A stretch of 39,918 nt of DNA from Burkholderiales bacterium (GTDB lineage Bacteria; Pseudomonadota; Gammaproteobacteria; Burkholderiales; Usitatibacteraceae), in contig JAICTR010000001.1 of NCBI GenBank assembly GCA_025936275.1, positions 1 through 39,918 on the forward strand. The letters are read 5' to 3'. A model generated the notes under the pieces. That model was not told the DNA's origin and did no database searches. It saw only the letters and a list, made by a program, of their open reading frames with translations. Position 1 is the first letter of the stretch; the number at the start of each line of letters is the position of its first letter. Of this stretch, positions 1 to 8,208 are shown piece by piece. The translations under genes and the position numbers were made by a program.

Positions 1-48
1 CCGCGCGCCGCGCCGTGGCGCGCTTCGGCGCCCTTCGTCGCTGCGGCG

Positions 49-1422
49 GTGCGCGCGGCCGCGCGCCTGGTGCATGCCGGACGGTTCGTCGAGGGCGAGG
101 CCCGCGCGACGCGCGCCCTGCAGGAGGATCCGCGCCAGGCACGCGCGCACTACGTGCTCGGACTCGCGAGCCTCATGCAGCAGCGTCCCGCCGAGGCGCT
201 GGCGCGGATGGAACGTGCGCGCGACATGGAGCCTTCCGAGGCGCAATTCCATTTCGGGCTCGCCACTTGCCTCGCGGCCCTCGCGCGCACGCAGGATGCC
301 ATCGAAGCGTATCGGCGCGCGCTGGTGCTGCGCCCCGCCTACTTCGAGGCGGCCGCGAACCTCGGCAACCTGCTCGAAAGGGCCGGGCGCTTCGACGAGG
401 CGGCCGACGCCTACCGCACTGCGCTCGCGGTGCGGCCCGACGAGCCGCTGGTGCTCAACGGCCTCGGCCATTGCGAGCTCGCGCTCAAGCGTCACGCGGC
501 GGCGGCCGAGGCGCTCGAGCGCGCGCTCGCGCTGAAGCCGGATTTCGCCAGCGCGATGAACAACCTCTCGAATGCGGTCGCGCGCCTCGGCGCGCCCGAC
601 CGCGCGAGCGACCTGCTGCGCGCCGCGGTCGCGCTGCGCCCGGATTTCCTCGAGGCGTGGCTCAACCTGGGGGAGCGCCTTTACATGCGCCACGACGATC
701 GGGGCGCGGTGCAGGCGTTCGAGCGCGTGCTGGCGCTCGATCCTTCCAACGGCGAGGTGCGCTACCTGCGCGACACGATCCTCGGCGTCGCGCCCGAGCG
801 CGCGCCCGACGATTACGTGCGCCGCTTCTTCGACCGCTTCGCGCCGGATTTCGACCAGCGCCTCACGCGCGACCTCGAATACCGGGTGCCTTCGCTCTTC
901 GCGAGCTTCCTCGAGCCGCTGTTGCGCGGGCGCGAGAAGCTGCGCGTGGTGGACCTCGGCTGCGGGACCGGGCTCTCGGGCCTCGTCGTTTCCGATCGAT
1001 GCGCCTTCCTCGCGGGAGTCGACCTCTCGCCGAAGATGCTCGATCTCGCGCGCGAGCGCGCGATCTACGATGAGCTCGCCGAGGAAGAGATCGCCGCGTA
1101 CCTGGATCGGCAAGCCGCGGCGTCGTTCGATCTCGCCCTCGCGCTGGACGTGCTGGTCTACGTCGGCAACATCCAGCCCGTGATGCGCGCCGGCGCTCGC
1201 ACGTTGCGTCCGGGGGGCCTCTTCGCGCTTTCGGTGGAGCGCCTCGATGACGCCACGGGCTACCGCCAGGCACGCACCGGCCGCTACGCGCACGGCCGCG
1301 CGTACGTCGAAGCGACGGCGAGGGAAGCCGGGCTCGAGCCCGTCGCGTTCGAAGAGGCGGACCTGCGCAAGGAAGACGGAAAGCCGGTGCGCGGGCTCCT
1401 CTTCGCGCTGCGCAAGCCGTAG
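49..1422 (+). CDS. TPR-repeat protein fused to a class I SAM-dependent methyltransferase
   Basis: Multiple TPR-like helical repeats (AAANLGNLL..GRFDEAADAY), then YVRRFFDRFAPDFD and SAM motif VVDLGCGTG, ending RYAHGRAY. Start codon is uncertain near the window edge. Confidence 0.85.
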   Translation: MRAAARLVHAGRFVEGEARATRALQEDPRQARAHYVLGLASLMQQRPAEALARMERARDMEPSEAQFHFGLATCLAALARTQDAIEAYRRALVLRPAYFEAAANLGNLLERAGRFDEAADAYRTALAVRPDEPLVLNGLGHCELALKRHAAAAEALERALALKPDFASAMNNLSNAVARLGAPDRASDLLRAAVALRPDFLEAWLNLGERLYMRHDDRGAVQAFERVLALDPSNGEVRYLRDTILGVAPERAPDDYVRRFFDRFAPDFDQRLTRDLEYRVPSLFASFLEPLLRGREKLRVVDLGCGTGLSGLVVSDRCAFLAGVDLSPKMLDLARERAIYDELAEEEIAAYLDRQAAASFDLALALDVLVYVGNIQPVMRAGARTLRPGGLFALSVERLDDATGYRQARTGRYAHGRAYVEATAREAGLEPVAFEEADLRKEDGKPVRGLLFALRKP

Positions 1423-1426
1423 CGCC

Positions 1427-1455
1427 GGAACGAGTCGCCGCGCGCGGCGGTCCAT
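1427..1455 (+). promoter_or_regulatory. Candidate RpoE/ECF-sigma promoter for the DUF421 gene
   Basis: GGAAC (1427-1431), 18 nt, GTCCAT (1450-1455); same spacing as the GGAACTT-N16-GTC RpoE-type consensus. AGGAGG RBS follows before ATG 1476. Confidence 0.45.
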
Positions 1456-1475
1456 CCTGCCAAAGGAGGATCGCC

Positions 1476-2006
1476 ATGGCGTCCGTGGACTGGTCGGAGC
1501 TCTTCATTCCCTCGGGCTCGCTCGTCGAGATCGTGATCCGGGGCACCGTCATGTACCTGCTGCTCTTCGCCGCGATGCGCATCCTGCCGCGCCGCCAGGT
1601 CGGCGGCCTGGTGAACGCGGACCTGCTGATCGTGGTGCTGATCGCCGATGCGGTGCAAAACGCGATGGCGGGCGGCTACCGATCGATCACCGAAGGCGTC
1701 GCGCTCGCGGCGGTGATCTTCGGCTGGGCGACGGTGATCGACTGGCTCGACTTCAAGTTCCCGCGCCTCAACCTCGCGTCCGCCCGCGCGCTTCCGGTGG
1801 TGCGCAACGGCCGCTTCCTGCGTCGCAACATGGCGCGCGAGCAGGTGAGCGAGGAGGAGATCATGGCGGAGCTGCGCCAGCACGGCCTCGACTCGATGGA
1901 GCGCGTCGCGAGCGCGTACATCGAGGGCGACGGGCGCTTCAGCGTGCTGCTGCGGGGCGGGAGCAAGCCGCCGGTCGATCCGCCGCAGGAGCGTCGCGGC
2001 GTGTAA
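1476..2006 (+). CDS. DUF421/YetF family membrane protein
   Basis: N-terminal TM helices, RQVGGL..DLLIVVLIADAVQNAM, C-terminal LRQHGL...AYIEGDGRFSV; strong RBS. Confidence 0.88.
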   Translation: MASVDWSELFIPSGSLVEIVIRGTVMYLLLFAAMRILPRRQVGGLVNADLLIVVLIADAVQNAMAGGYRSITEGVALAAVIFGWATVIDWLDFKFPRLNLASARALPVVRNGRFLRRNMAREQVSEEEIMAELRQHGLDSMERVASAYIEGDGRFSVLLRGGSKPPVDPPQERRGV

Positions 2007-2110
2007 CTGCGGCGCTCCTCACGTCGCGCGCGCATTCGGCGTTATGATCTGTCGCGACTGCGCACCGGCAGGGAGGGCGCGCGGGATTCCAGGAATGGAA
2101 GGCGAGTGCC

Positions 2111-3025
2111 ATGGGTCGCGGCGGGGAGCGCATCGTGCGGTGGATCGGCGCCCTCGCGGCCGCGCTGGCGGCGCCCATGGCGCTCCACGCGCAATCGCCC
2201 GAACGCCTGCCGCCCACGATCTTCCACGATCCCATCACGGGCGAAGCCGCATACACCCACGACGACAACGCGAACCGCGGGCGCGATTCGGAGACGCGGC
2301 TCGGCGATGACGTCCTGAGCCTCACCTTCAGCCAGCCGCGCGAATGGCACCTCGGCCGGCACGTGCGCCTGGAAGCGACCGGCAGCCTCGCAGGCGACAA
2401 ATTCCGCCGCTACTCCGGACTCGACCGGATCTCCGCGGGCGCGAAGGCGCAGCTGCAGTACCGCGCCTCGGGCGATTTCGACGCCACCACCTGGTCGCTC
2501 GTCGCGAGCGCGGCCTACGATGAATTCGATTCGCACCTGCGCAGCGGCGCGCGCTACTTCCTGGGCGTGAGCGCGCAGCATGCGTTCACCGATCGCATCG
2601 AGCTCTTCGCGCAGGCGGGCCGCGCGGAGCAAGCCGGCCACAGCGACGTCTTCAACGGCCGCGACGATCGCGCGCTCCTCACGCTCGTCTACACGCTCGG
2701 CATGAAGGACGTGGCGTACCTCACCGGCGAATACCGGCGCGGGGACACGGTTTCCACGGGTGGGCCGTCGCTCGTGAACGCGGACCTCGCGGAGGTCCTG
2801 GTGCCCGACGACGCCTTCGGCCAGGCGCTCATCTCATATCGGTTCCGGTCGCGCACGGTGCTCTCCACCATCGGCTGGAACCATGCGCTCGGGCCGCGCG
2901 ATTCGTTCGATGTGTCGTGGCGCCGCATCGCGTCGGAGCCGCTCGCACGTCCGGGCATCGACTTTCCGGGCGCGCTGCGGTATATCGCGAACCAGTATGC
3001 GATCGTCTACCTGAGGCGCTTCTGA
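2111..3025 (+). CDS. Putative outer-membrane beta-barrel protein
   Basis: Signal peptide ending ALHA/Q, alternating aromatic/polar beta-strand pattern, C-terminal IVYLRRF with terminal Phe; stop overlaps the next ATG (TGATG). Confidence 0.65.
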   Translation: MGRGGERIVRWIGALAAALAAPMALHAQSPERLPPTIFHDPITGEAAYTHDDNANRGRDSETRLGDDVLSLTFSQPREWHLGRHVRLEATGSLAGDKFRRYSGLDRISAGAKAQLQYRASGDFDATTWSLVASAAYDEFDSHLRSGARYFLGVSAQHAFTDRIELFAQAGRAEQAGHSDVFNGRDDRALLTLVYTLGMKDVAYLTGEYRRGDTVSTGGPSLVNADLAEVLVPDDAFGQALISYRFRSRTVLSTIGWNHALGPRDSFDVSWRRIASEPLARPGIDFPGALRYIANQYAIVYLRRF

Positions 3026-4950
3026 TGCCGCTGCGCACGTGGGCCACGGTGTTCCTGCCTTGCGCGGGCCTGCTGCTCGCCTCGTGCGGCGGCGGCGGCA
3101 GCTCGCAGGACGTGCATCCCGGCCAACCGATCGCCGTGTCCGGCGAGGGCCCGCAATCCTTCCTCGTCTTTCCGAACCCGCAAGTGACCGCGGACGGCAC
3201 GCTGCAGACCGATTCGCCGGAATATGCCGCCGCGTACTACCGCGCCATCGATCCCACGAACGCGCGCGACACGTTCGCGAAGTGGAAGGCGCTGAACGGC
3301 TTCGAGACCGGCACCGGGAACGAGGTGCAGGTGATCTTCGGCGACCGGCGCGACCTCGGATACGGGCGCCGCATGACGTTTCGCACCAATGCGGATGGAA
3401 CCGCCGCGGCGTATGTCGAGAACTACGTCGTGCAGGCAGGGCCCGGGTACAGCTACGCATCGGCCAACCTGGATGCGGCGATCCAGCGCGACACACGCTG
3501 GGTGGTGGGCATCAGCGCGATCGAGTACAGCCCGGGACCGAACGGCGGGCGGCCCTTCGCGAAATTCTTCAACTTCTCGGCCCAAGGCGCGCGCCAGGAC
3601 CTCGCCGACATCGATGGCCGCGGCGAGAAGGCGATGCCCTCGACGTGCCTCACGTGCCACGGGGGGCGCGGCGATCCGCTCACGCCGCCCGATGCGCGCG
3701 GCCTGCGGCAATTCGCGATGGTCGAGTCCGCGCCGTCGGGCGCGCGCGGCGACACGCTGGCGCATTTCCAGCCGCTCGAGCCCGATGTGTTCGGCTTCTC
3801 CGCGACGCCCGGCTACACGCGTGCCGAGCAGGAGGCGGCGATCAAGGCGATCAACCGCGCGATCCTCTGCACCTATCCGATCGCGGGAGCCGCAAGTGCC
3901 CCGGAAGATGCATGCCGTCCCGCGGCCCGCTCGGGCGAGTGGACCGCCGCGGCCGCGGAAGTCATCAAGGGCGGCTACGGCGGCGACGGCCTGCCGAACG
4001 CGGCGTTCTCGGAGCCGCTTCCCGCTTCATGGCAGGGGCATGAGGCGCTCTATCGCCAGGTCGTGGTGCCCGCGTGCCGCGCTTGCCACCTGCTGCGCGG
4101 CACGAGCGCGCAGTCCGACATCGATTTCGCGTCGTACGAGAAGTTCGCGGCGCAGGCGCGGGGGATTCGTCCCCACGTCTACGATCGCGGCGACATGCCG
4201 CTCGCGAAGATCGTCTACGACGCGTTCTGGAGCGATCCGGCGGCGCCCGGCGTGCTCGCCGATTTCCTGGCCGGCGAGGGCGTCTCCGTGCGCGATGCGA
4301 GCGGCGCCGTTCCACGGCCCGGCCGCCCCATCGCGGATCCGGGGCCCGATCGCGTGGTCTCGCCGGGGCCGACCTCGCTCTCCGCGGATGCGAGCCTCTT
4401 CGCGACGGGCTATGAGTGGTCGCTCGTATCCGGCCCCGCGCCCGCGTCGCTCGGCGGCGCCTCGTCCTCGCACGCCACCTTCACGGCGACCCAGCCCGGC
4501 ACGTACACGCTGCGGCTCGTCGCGATGCAAGGCGGCATCGCGAGCGCGCCCGCCACCTTGCGCATCGTCGTCGCGAGCTCTCTGCAACCCGCGTCGGGTG
4601 CGGTCCGCTTCGCCGACATCAAGCAGGCGATGCAGGCGCCGCGGCGTTGCGCGGGTTGCCACTCTCCGCAATTCGGCGGCCCGAAGCCGCCGGTGTTCTT
4701 CTCGAACGACGATCGCAATGGCGACGGCATCGTCGGCGATGCGACCGACGACGACTGGCTCTACGAGGTGGTGCGGGGCGAGGTGAACTTCACCGACATC
4801 GCGGCGAGCCCGCTGCTCGCGAAGCCCTCGGGACGGCATCATTTCGCGGGCCAGCTCGCCGGGTTCGACGCTTCCGCGCCGCCCGGCGATCCGTCGCGCG
4901 CGCTCTACGACCTGTTTCTCGACTGGATCCTCGCGGGCGCGCCGCGCTGA
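3025..4950 (+). CDS. Lipoprotein with three c-type heme motifs and a PKD/Ig-like domain
   Basis: Lipobox LLAS-C then GGGGSS; CxxCH at 3646-3660 (CLTCH), 4075-4089 (CRACH) and 4648-4662 (CAGCH); PKD-like segment PIADPGPD...YEWSLVSGP...GTYTLRLVA; DRNGDG Ca-loop-like motif. Start reassigned to ATG 3025. Confidence 0.75.
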   Translation: MPLRTWATVFLPCAGLLLASCGGGGSSQDVHPGQPIAVSGEGPQSFLVFPNPQVTADGTLQTDSPEYAAAYYRAIDPTNARDTFAKWKALNGFETGTGNEVQVIFGDRRDLGYGRRMTFRTNADGTAAAYVENYVVQAGPGYSYASANLDAAIQRDTRWVVGISAIEYSPGPNGGRPFAKFFNFSAQGARQDLADIDGRGEKAMPSTCLTCHGGRGDPLTPPDARGLRQFAMVESAPSGARGDTLAHFQPLEPDVFGFSATPGYTRAEQEAAIKAINRAILCTYPIAGAASAPEDACRPAARSGEWTAAAAEVIKGGYGGDGLPNAAFSEPLPASWQGHEALYRQVVVPACRACHLLRGTSAQSDIDFASYEKFAAQARGIRPHVYDRGDMPLAKIVYDAFWSDPAAPGVLADFLAGEGVSVRDASGAVPRPGRPIADPGPDRVVSPGPTSLSADASLFATGYEWSLVSGPAPASLGGASSSHATFTATQPGTYTLRLVAMQGGIASAPATLRIVVASSLQPASGAVRFADIKQAMQAPRRCAGCHSPQFGGPKPPVFFSNDDRNGDGIVGDATDDDWLYEVVRGEVNFTDIAASPLLAKPSGRHHFAGQLAGFDASAPPGDPSRALYDLFLDWILAGAPR

Positions 4951-4954
4951 ACGG

Positions 4955-5683
4955 CTAGTACGTGCGGCGCGGCGCGTTGTAATCGGCGCGCGGGAACACG
5001 AACGGCGGCTGGCGACCCACGAGCGCCTCGATCAGCATCAGCTCCTGGTCGGTGTGGTCGATGAAGGGAGCGTCGCGAATGTTGCGGCCGGGCGGCTCGC
5101 CGGAAAGGATGTAGAGCGGCCGGTCGTGGTGCGTGGAGGCGACGGTGGTCCTGCTTTGCGCGTCCGCGGTGGCCTGCACGTCGGTGGTTCCGTAGCAGGT
5201 GCAGAAGTACGTCTGCCCGGGATCCGATTCCATGTACACGCCGGTGCCGCGGATGCCGATGGTGGCGAGCGAGCTGCGCAAGCGCAAGGGCCGCCCGCTG
5301 CCGAAGACCGAGAGCAGCTTTCCGCGCAGCAGCTGGTAGCCCGCGACGAGGAGCGAGGACGCCTTCGTCGCCTCGATCAGCACTTCGGTGCGGGCGCGCG
5401 CGATGAACGCGCTATCGCCCACCGCGTAGATGAGCTCCCCGTCATCGCCCGTCACCACGCGAGCGCCGGGGGCGATGTGCGTCTCGAGCGTCGCCCGTTG
5501 GCCGTCGACGCGCACGTCGCCCTTCACCCGGTAGACGGAACGGCCTGGAGGCAGCTTTCCCGGCCGGTCGCCGAGGAGCTGCGCGAATGCCGGAGACACG
5601 CCCATCGCGTCCGCGCCCAACAGGCCGCTCGCGAGCAGGCGCAGCAGGAGCTTGCGCCGGGGATCGTCCACTTCGCGTTTCAT
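4955..5683 (-). CDS. FecR-like beta-rich periplasmic protein with twin-arginine-type signal
   Basis: MKREVDDPRRKLLLRLLASGLLG...PAFA/Q; FecR-like ATIGIRGT; YFCTCYG and STHHD motifs. Start reassigned to ATG 5683. Confidence 0.7.
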   Translation of the reverse strand: MKREVDDPRRKLLLRLLASGLLGADAMGVSPAFAQLLGDRPGKLPPGRSVYRVKGDVRVDGQRATLETHIAPGARVVTGDDGELIYAVGDSAFIARARTEVLIEATKASSLLVAGYQLLRGKLLSVFGSGRPLRLRSSLATIGIRGTGVYMESDPGQTYFCTCYGTTDVQATADAQSRTTVASTHHDRPLYILSGEPPGRNIRDAPFIDHTDQELMLIEALVGRQPPFVFPRADYNAPRRTY

Positions 5684-5788
5684 GGGCGGCGATTGTGGAC
5701 CTCGCGCGGTCCGCCGTCGAGGGGCGCAGCGCGCGGGCCGCGGCCACGGCGAAATGCCGCGGCGCCGGCTTTCCGCCAGAATGCGGCC

Positions 5789-6463
5789 ATGGCGAATCAT
5801 GACGAGGCGCGGCTCTTCCCGGCATTCCTCGACCTGCGCGGCCGGCGGGTGCTGGTCGTCGGCGCGGGCGCCGTCGCCGCGCGCAAGGTGGACTCGCTCC
5901 TGCGCTGCGCCGCTCGCGTGACGATCGTCGCACCGTCGGCGTGCCCGCCGATCGAGAAGCTCGTGCGTGAAGGGAAGGTCACTCGCGCATCGCGCGAATG
6001 GATCGAGGAAGACCTCGAGGGCATGGAGCTCGCCTTCGCGGCGACCGACGATGCGGCGGTGAACGCGGCGGTGGCGCGCGCCGCGCGTGCGCTCGGCATC
6101 GCGGTGAACGTCGCCGACGATGCGCAGGGCTCGAGCTTCCTCATGGGATCGATCGTCGACAGGGGACCCGTGCGCATCGCGATCTCCACTTCCGGCGCTT
6201 CGCCGGCGCTCGCGCGCAAGTTGCGCGCGCGGGTCGAGGGCGCGGTGCCCGAGGGATATGGCCGGCTCGCGGCGCTCGCCGGCCGCTATCGCGCCGAGTC
6301 GATCGGCCGGCTGCCGGATGCCGCGGCCCGCCAGCGTTTCTGGGACCGCGTGATCGAGGGGCCGATCGCGGCGCTGGTCCTCGAGGGACGCGAGGCCGAG
6401 GCGGCGAACGCGCTCGAGAAAGCGCTCGCCGAGGCGGCGAACGCGCGAGGCGAGGGGCGTTGA
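5789..6463 (+). CDS. Precorrin-2 dehydrogenase/sirohydrochlorin ferrochelatase (CysG N-terminal module only)
   Basis: LFPAFLDL.GRRVLVVGAGAVAARK, VNVADD, IAISTSGASPALARKLR, RQRFW; no SUMT domain follows. Confidence 0.85.
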   Translation: MANHDEARLFPAFLDLRGRRVLVVGAGAVAARKVDSLLRCAARVTIVAPSACPPIEKLVREGKVTRASREWIEEDLEGMELAFAATDDAAVNAAVARAARALGIAVNVADDAQGSSFLMGSIVDRGPVRIAISTSGASPALARKLRARVEGAVPEGYGRLAALAGRYRAESIGRLPDAAARQRFWDRVIEGPIAALVLEGREAEAANALEKALAEAANARGEGR

Positions 6464-7125
6464 ACGCTCTCGTCGAAGGCGCGCGCGCCGTCGCCTTCGA
6501 CCTCGACGGCACGCTCGTCGACAGCGCGCCCGACCTCGCCGTCGCCGCGAACCGCATGCTCGATGCGCTGGGCCTGCCGCCGCTCGCCGAGGAGCGCATC
6601 GCCGCGGCGATCGGCGACGGCATCGACGCGCTCGTCGTGCGTACGCTGGCGGAAAGCGCCGGCAAGCCCGCGCGCGAGGACCTCGCGGTGCGCGCCGCGC
6701 GCATCTTCCGCGAGCTTTACGCCGAGCGCGTGTTCGACGCGGGCACCGTGTACGAGGGCGTGCGCGAGGGACTCGCGGCGCTCGCGGCACGCGGGCTCCC
6801 GCTCGGCTGCATCACCAACAAGGCGAGTCCTTTCACCACCGCGCTCCTCGAGCGCGCCGGGCTCGCGCGCTGGTTCTCGTTCGTCGAATGCGCCGATGCC
6901 ATGGAGCAGCGCAAGCCCGCGCCGTACCTGCTGCTGAAGGCGTGCGCGGGGCTCGGCATCGCGCCGCGCGAGTTGCTGTTCGTCGGCGATTCGGGCCTCG
7001 ACGCGGCGGCGGCGCGCGCCGCGGGCTGTCCGGTCATGCTGGTGGACTACGGGTACAACCGCGGCACGCGCGTCGAGGATGCGGGCGCCGACGCGCTCAT
7101 CGCGAGCCTTGCCGAGCTCGGCTGA
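6460..7125 (+). CDS. gph: Phosphoglycolate phosphatase (HAD family)
   Basis: HAD motif I FDLDGTLVDSAPDL, ITNK, RKPAP, FVGDS, YGYNRG; TTG start overlaps the upstream TGA (TTGA). Confidence 0.85.
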   Translation: MNALVEGARAVAFDLDGTLVDSAPDLAVAANRMLDALGLPPLAEERIAAAIGDGIDALVVRTLAESAGKPAREDLAVRAARIFRELYAERVFDAGTVYEGVREGLAALAARGLPLGCITNKASPFTTALLERAGLARWFSFVECADAMEQRKPAPYLLLKACAGLGIAPRELLFVGDSGLDAAAARAAGCPVMLVDYGYNRGTRVEDAGADALIASLAELG

Positions 7126-7138
7126 CCGCGCGAGCGCG

Positions 7139-7258
7139 CTACTTGAGCCGCATCTCGTTCTTGACGGAGGTGACGCCCTTCACGCCTTTCGCCATGGCGA
7201 TCGCCGTGTAGATGTCGTCCTGCGAACCGAGGAAGCCGCTCAGCTGCACGGCACCGCT
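7139..7258 (-). pseudogene. C-terminal half of a BON/OsmY-domain gene (remnant)
   Basis: Hand translation of the minus strand gives SGAVQLSGFLGSQDDIYTAIAMAKGVKGVTSVKNEMRLK*, a typical BON C-terminus. No N-terminal half or signal peptide; it lies in frame just after the TGA of the upstream gene. Confidence 0.7.
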
Positions 7259-7279
7259 TGGAGACGCCCGAGCGGCCCC

Positions 7280-8089
7280 TCAACCCCGCGGTTCGCCCTG
7301 CGCGTTCACCGTCACCGTGCGGCCCGGCGGGGCGCTCAGTTGCACGCGATGCTCGTCGCCGCGGAATTCATAGGTCACGTCCCAGTAATCCGCACGCACG
7401 CGGCTCGGTGGATTCCGGCAATGGCGCACATCCTCCCCATACCCGCCCTGCCCGCGGTCGCGGCCGACGTTGGCGCCGATCGCGGCGCCTGCCACGGCGC
7501 CGCCCACGGTCGCCACGCTTTGGCCTCGTCCGCCGCCGATCTGGTGACCGAGAATTCCGCCGATCACAGCGCCGGCGATCCCACCCGCCATGTTGGGTCG
7601 GTCACGATCCTGCTCCACCTGCTCGCGCTCGACCCAGCAGCGCTGCTCCGGCGGACCCACCACCGCGCGTACCGAAGTGACCTGCGCCTCGTAGAGCCGC
7701 TCGTTGCCGCGACGCCGGTAGTCCGCCGCCGCGACCGGAGCTGGCGCATAGCGATCGTCCGCGATGCGTGCCTTGGCGCCGAGCAGGCGAACCGACGAGA
7801 CGCGGTTGTTCAGCCCCATCGCCGCGAGCGAGGCATACCGTCCGGGGCGCAGGACGCGGCAGGTGCCTCGGAACCGGGCGTCTTCACACGCTTCCCAGCG
7901 ATCGCGCGCGACGATCGCCGACGAGGCGCGGTCGTTGAAGCCGAATGTCTCGAGGTTGCCCACCTTCTTCTTCGTGGTGAAGGAGCGGCCCTGGAAGTTG
8001 TCGCCCTCGTAGAAGGTGACTTGCGCGACCGCCTGGGTGGCGATCGCCAATCCGGTCGCCGCGAGCGCGCATTTCAATGCCGTGTTCAT
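7280..8089 (-). CDS. Secreted beta/gamma-crystallin + glycine-zipper 2TM domain protein
   Basis: Signal peptide to AVA/Q; crystallin motifs TFYEGDNFQG, FNDRASS, LNNRVSSVR; glycine zipper GGIAGAVIGGILGHQIGGGRG..ATVGGAVAGAAIG; GGAGG RBS before ATG 8089. Confidence 0.85.
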   Translation of the reverse strand: MNTALKCALAATGLAIATQAVAQVTFYEGDNFQGRSFTTKKKVGNLETFGFNDRASSAIVARDRWEACEDARFRGTCRVLRPGRYASLAAMGLNNRVSSVRLLGAKARIADDRYAPAPVAAADYRRRGNERLYEAQVTSVRAVVGPPEQRCWVEREQVEQDRDRPNMAGGIAGAVIGGILGHQIGGGRGQSVATVGGAVAGAAIGANVGRDRGQGGYGEDVRHCRNPPSRVRADYWDVTYEFRGDEHRVQLSAPPGRTVTVNAQGEPRG

Positions 8090-8113
8090 GGATGCCTCCG
8101 TAGATGAGGCGCG

Positions 8114-8155
8114 AATATGAGCCCGATCCCGGGCGCGGTCGGTGCGCGCGCGCAC
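8114..8155 (-). promoter_or_regulatory. Candidate Crp-family class II promoter (box 1)
   Basis: Perfect palindrome GTGCG-CGCG-CGCAC at 8142-8155; minus-strand -10-like CATATT at 8119-8114 puts the box centre at -41.5. Confidence 0.6.
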
Positions 8156-8208
8156 ATAGCGGCGACGCGCCACGATTCCTGCCGTCGCGCGGAAGGTCCT
8201 TGCCGGTC

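Noticed and set aside
2052-2065. Possible fourth Crp-type box (TCGCG-ACTG-CGCAC) upstream of the barrel gene
   Set aside because: Only one good half-site and no -10-like hexamer at the -41.5 geometry on either strand.
4955-6790. Long N-terminal extensions in the ORF track (FecR-like 611 aa; also Crp1 764 aa, HAD 704 aa, fabH 645 aa) as fusion proteins
   Set aside because: The extensions overlap other real genes and are low-complexity; better starts (RBS, stop/start overlap or domain boundary) lie downstream.
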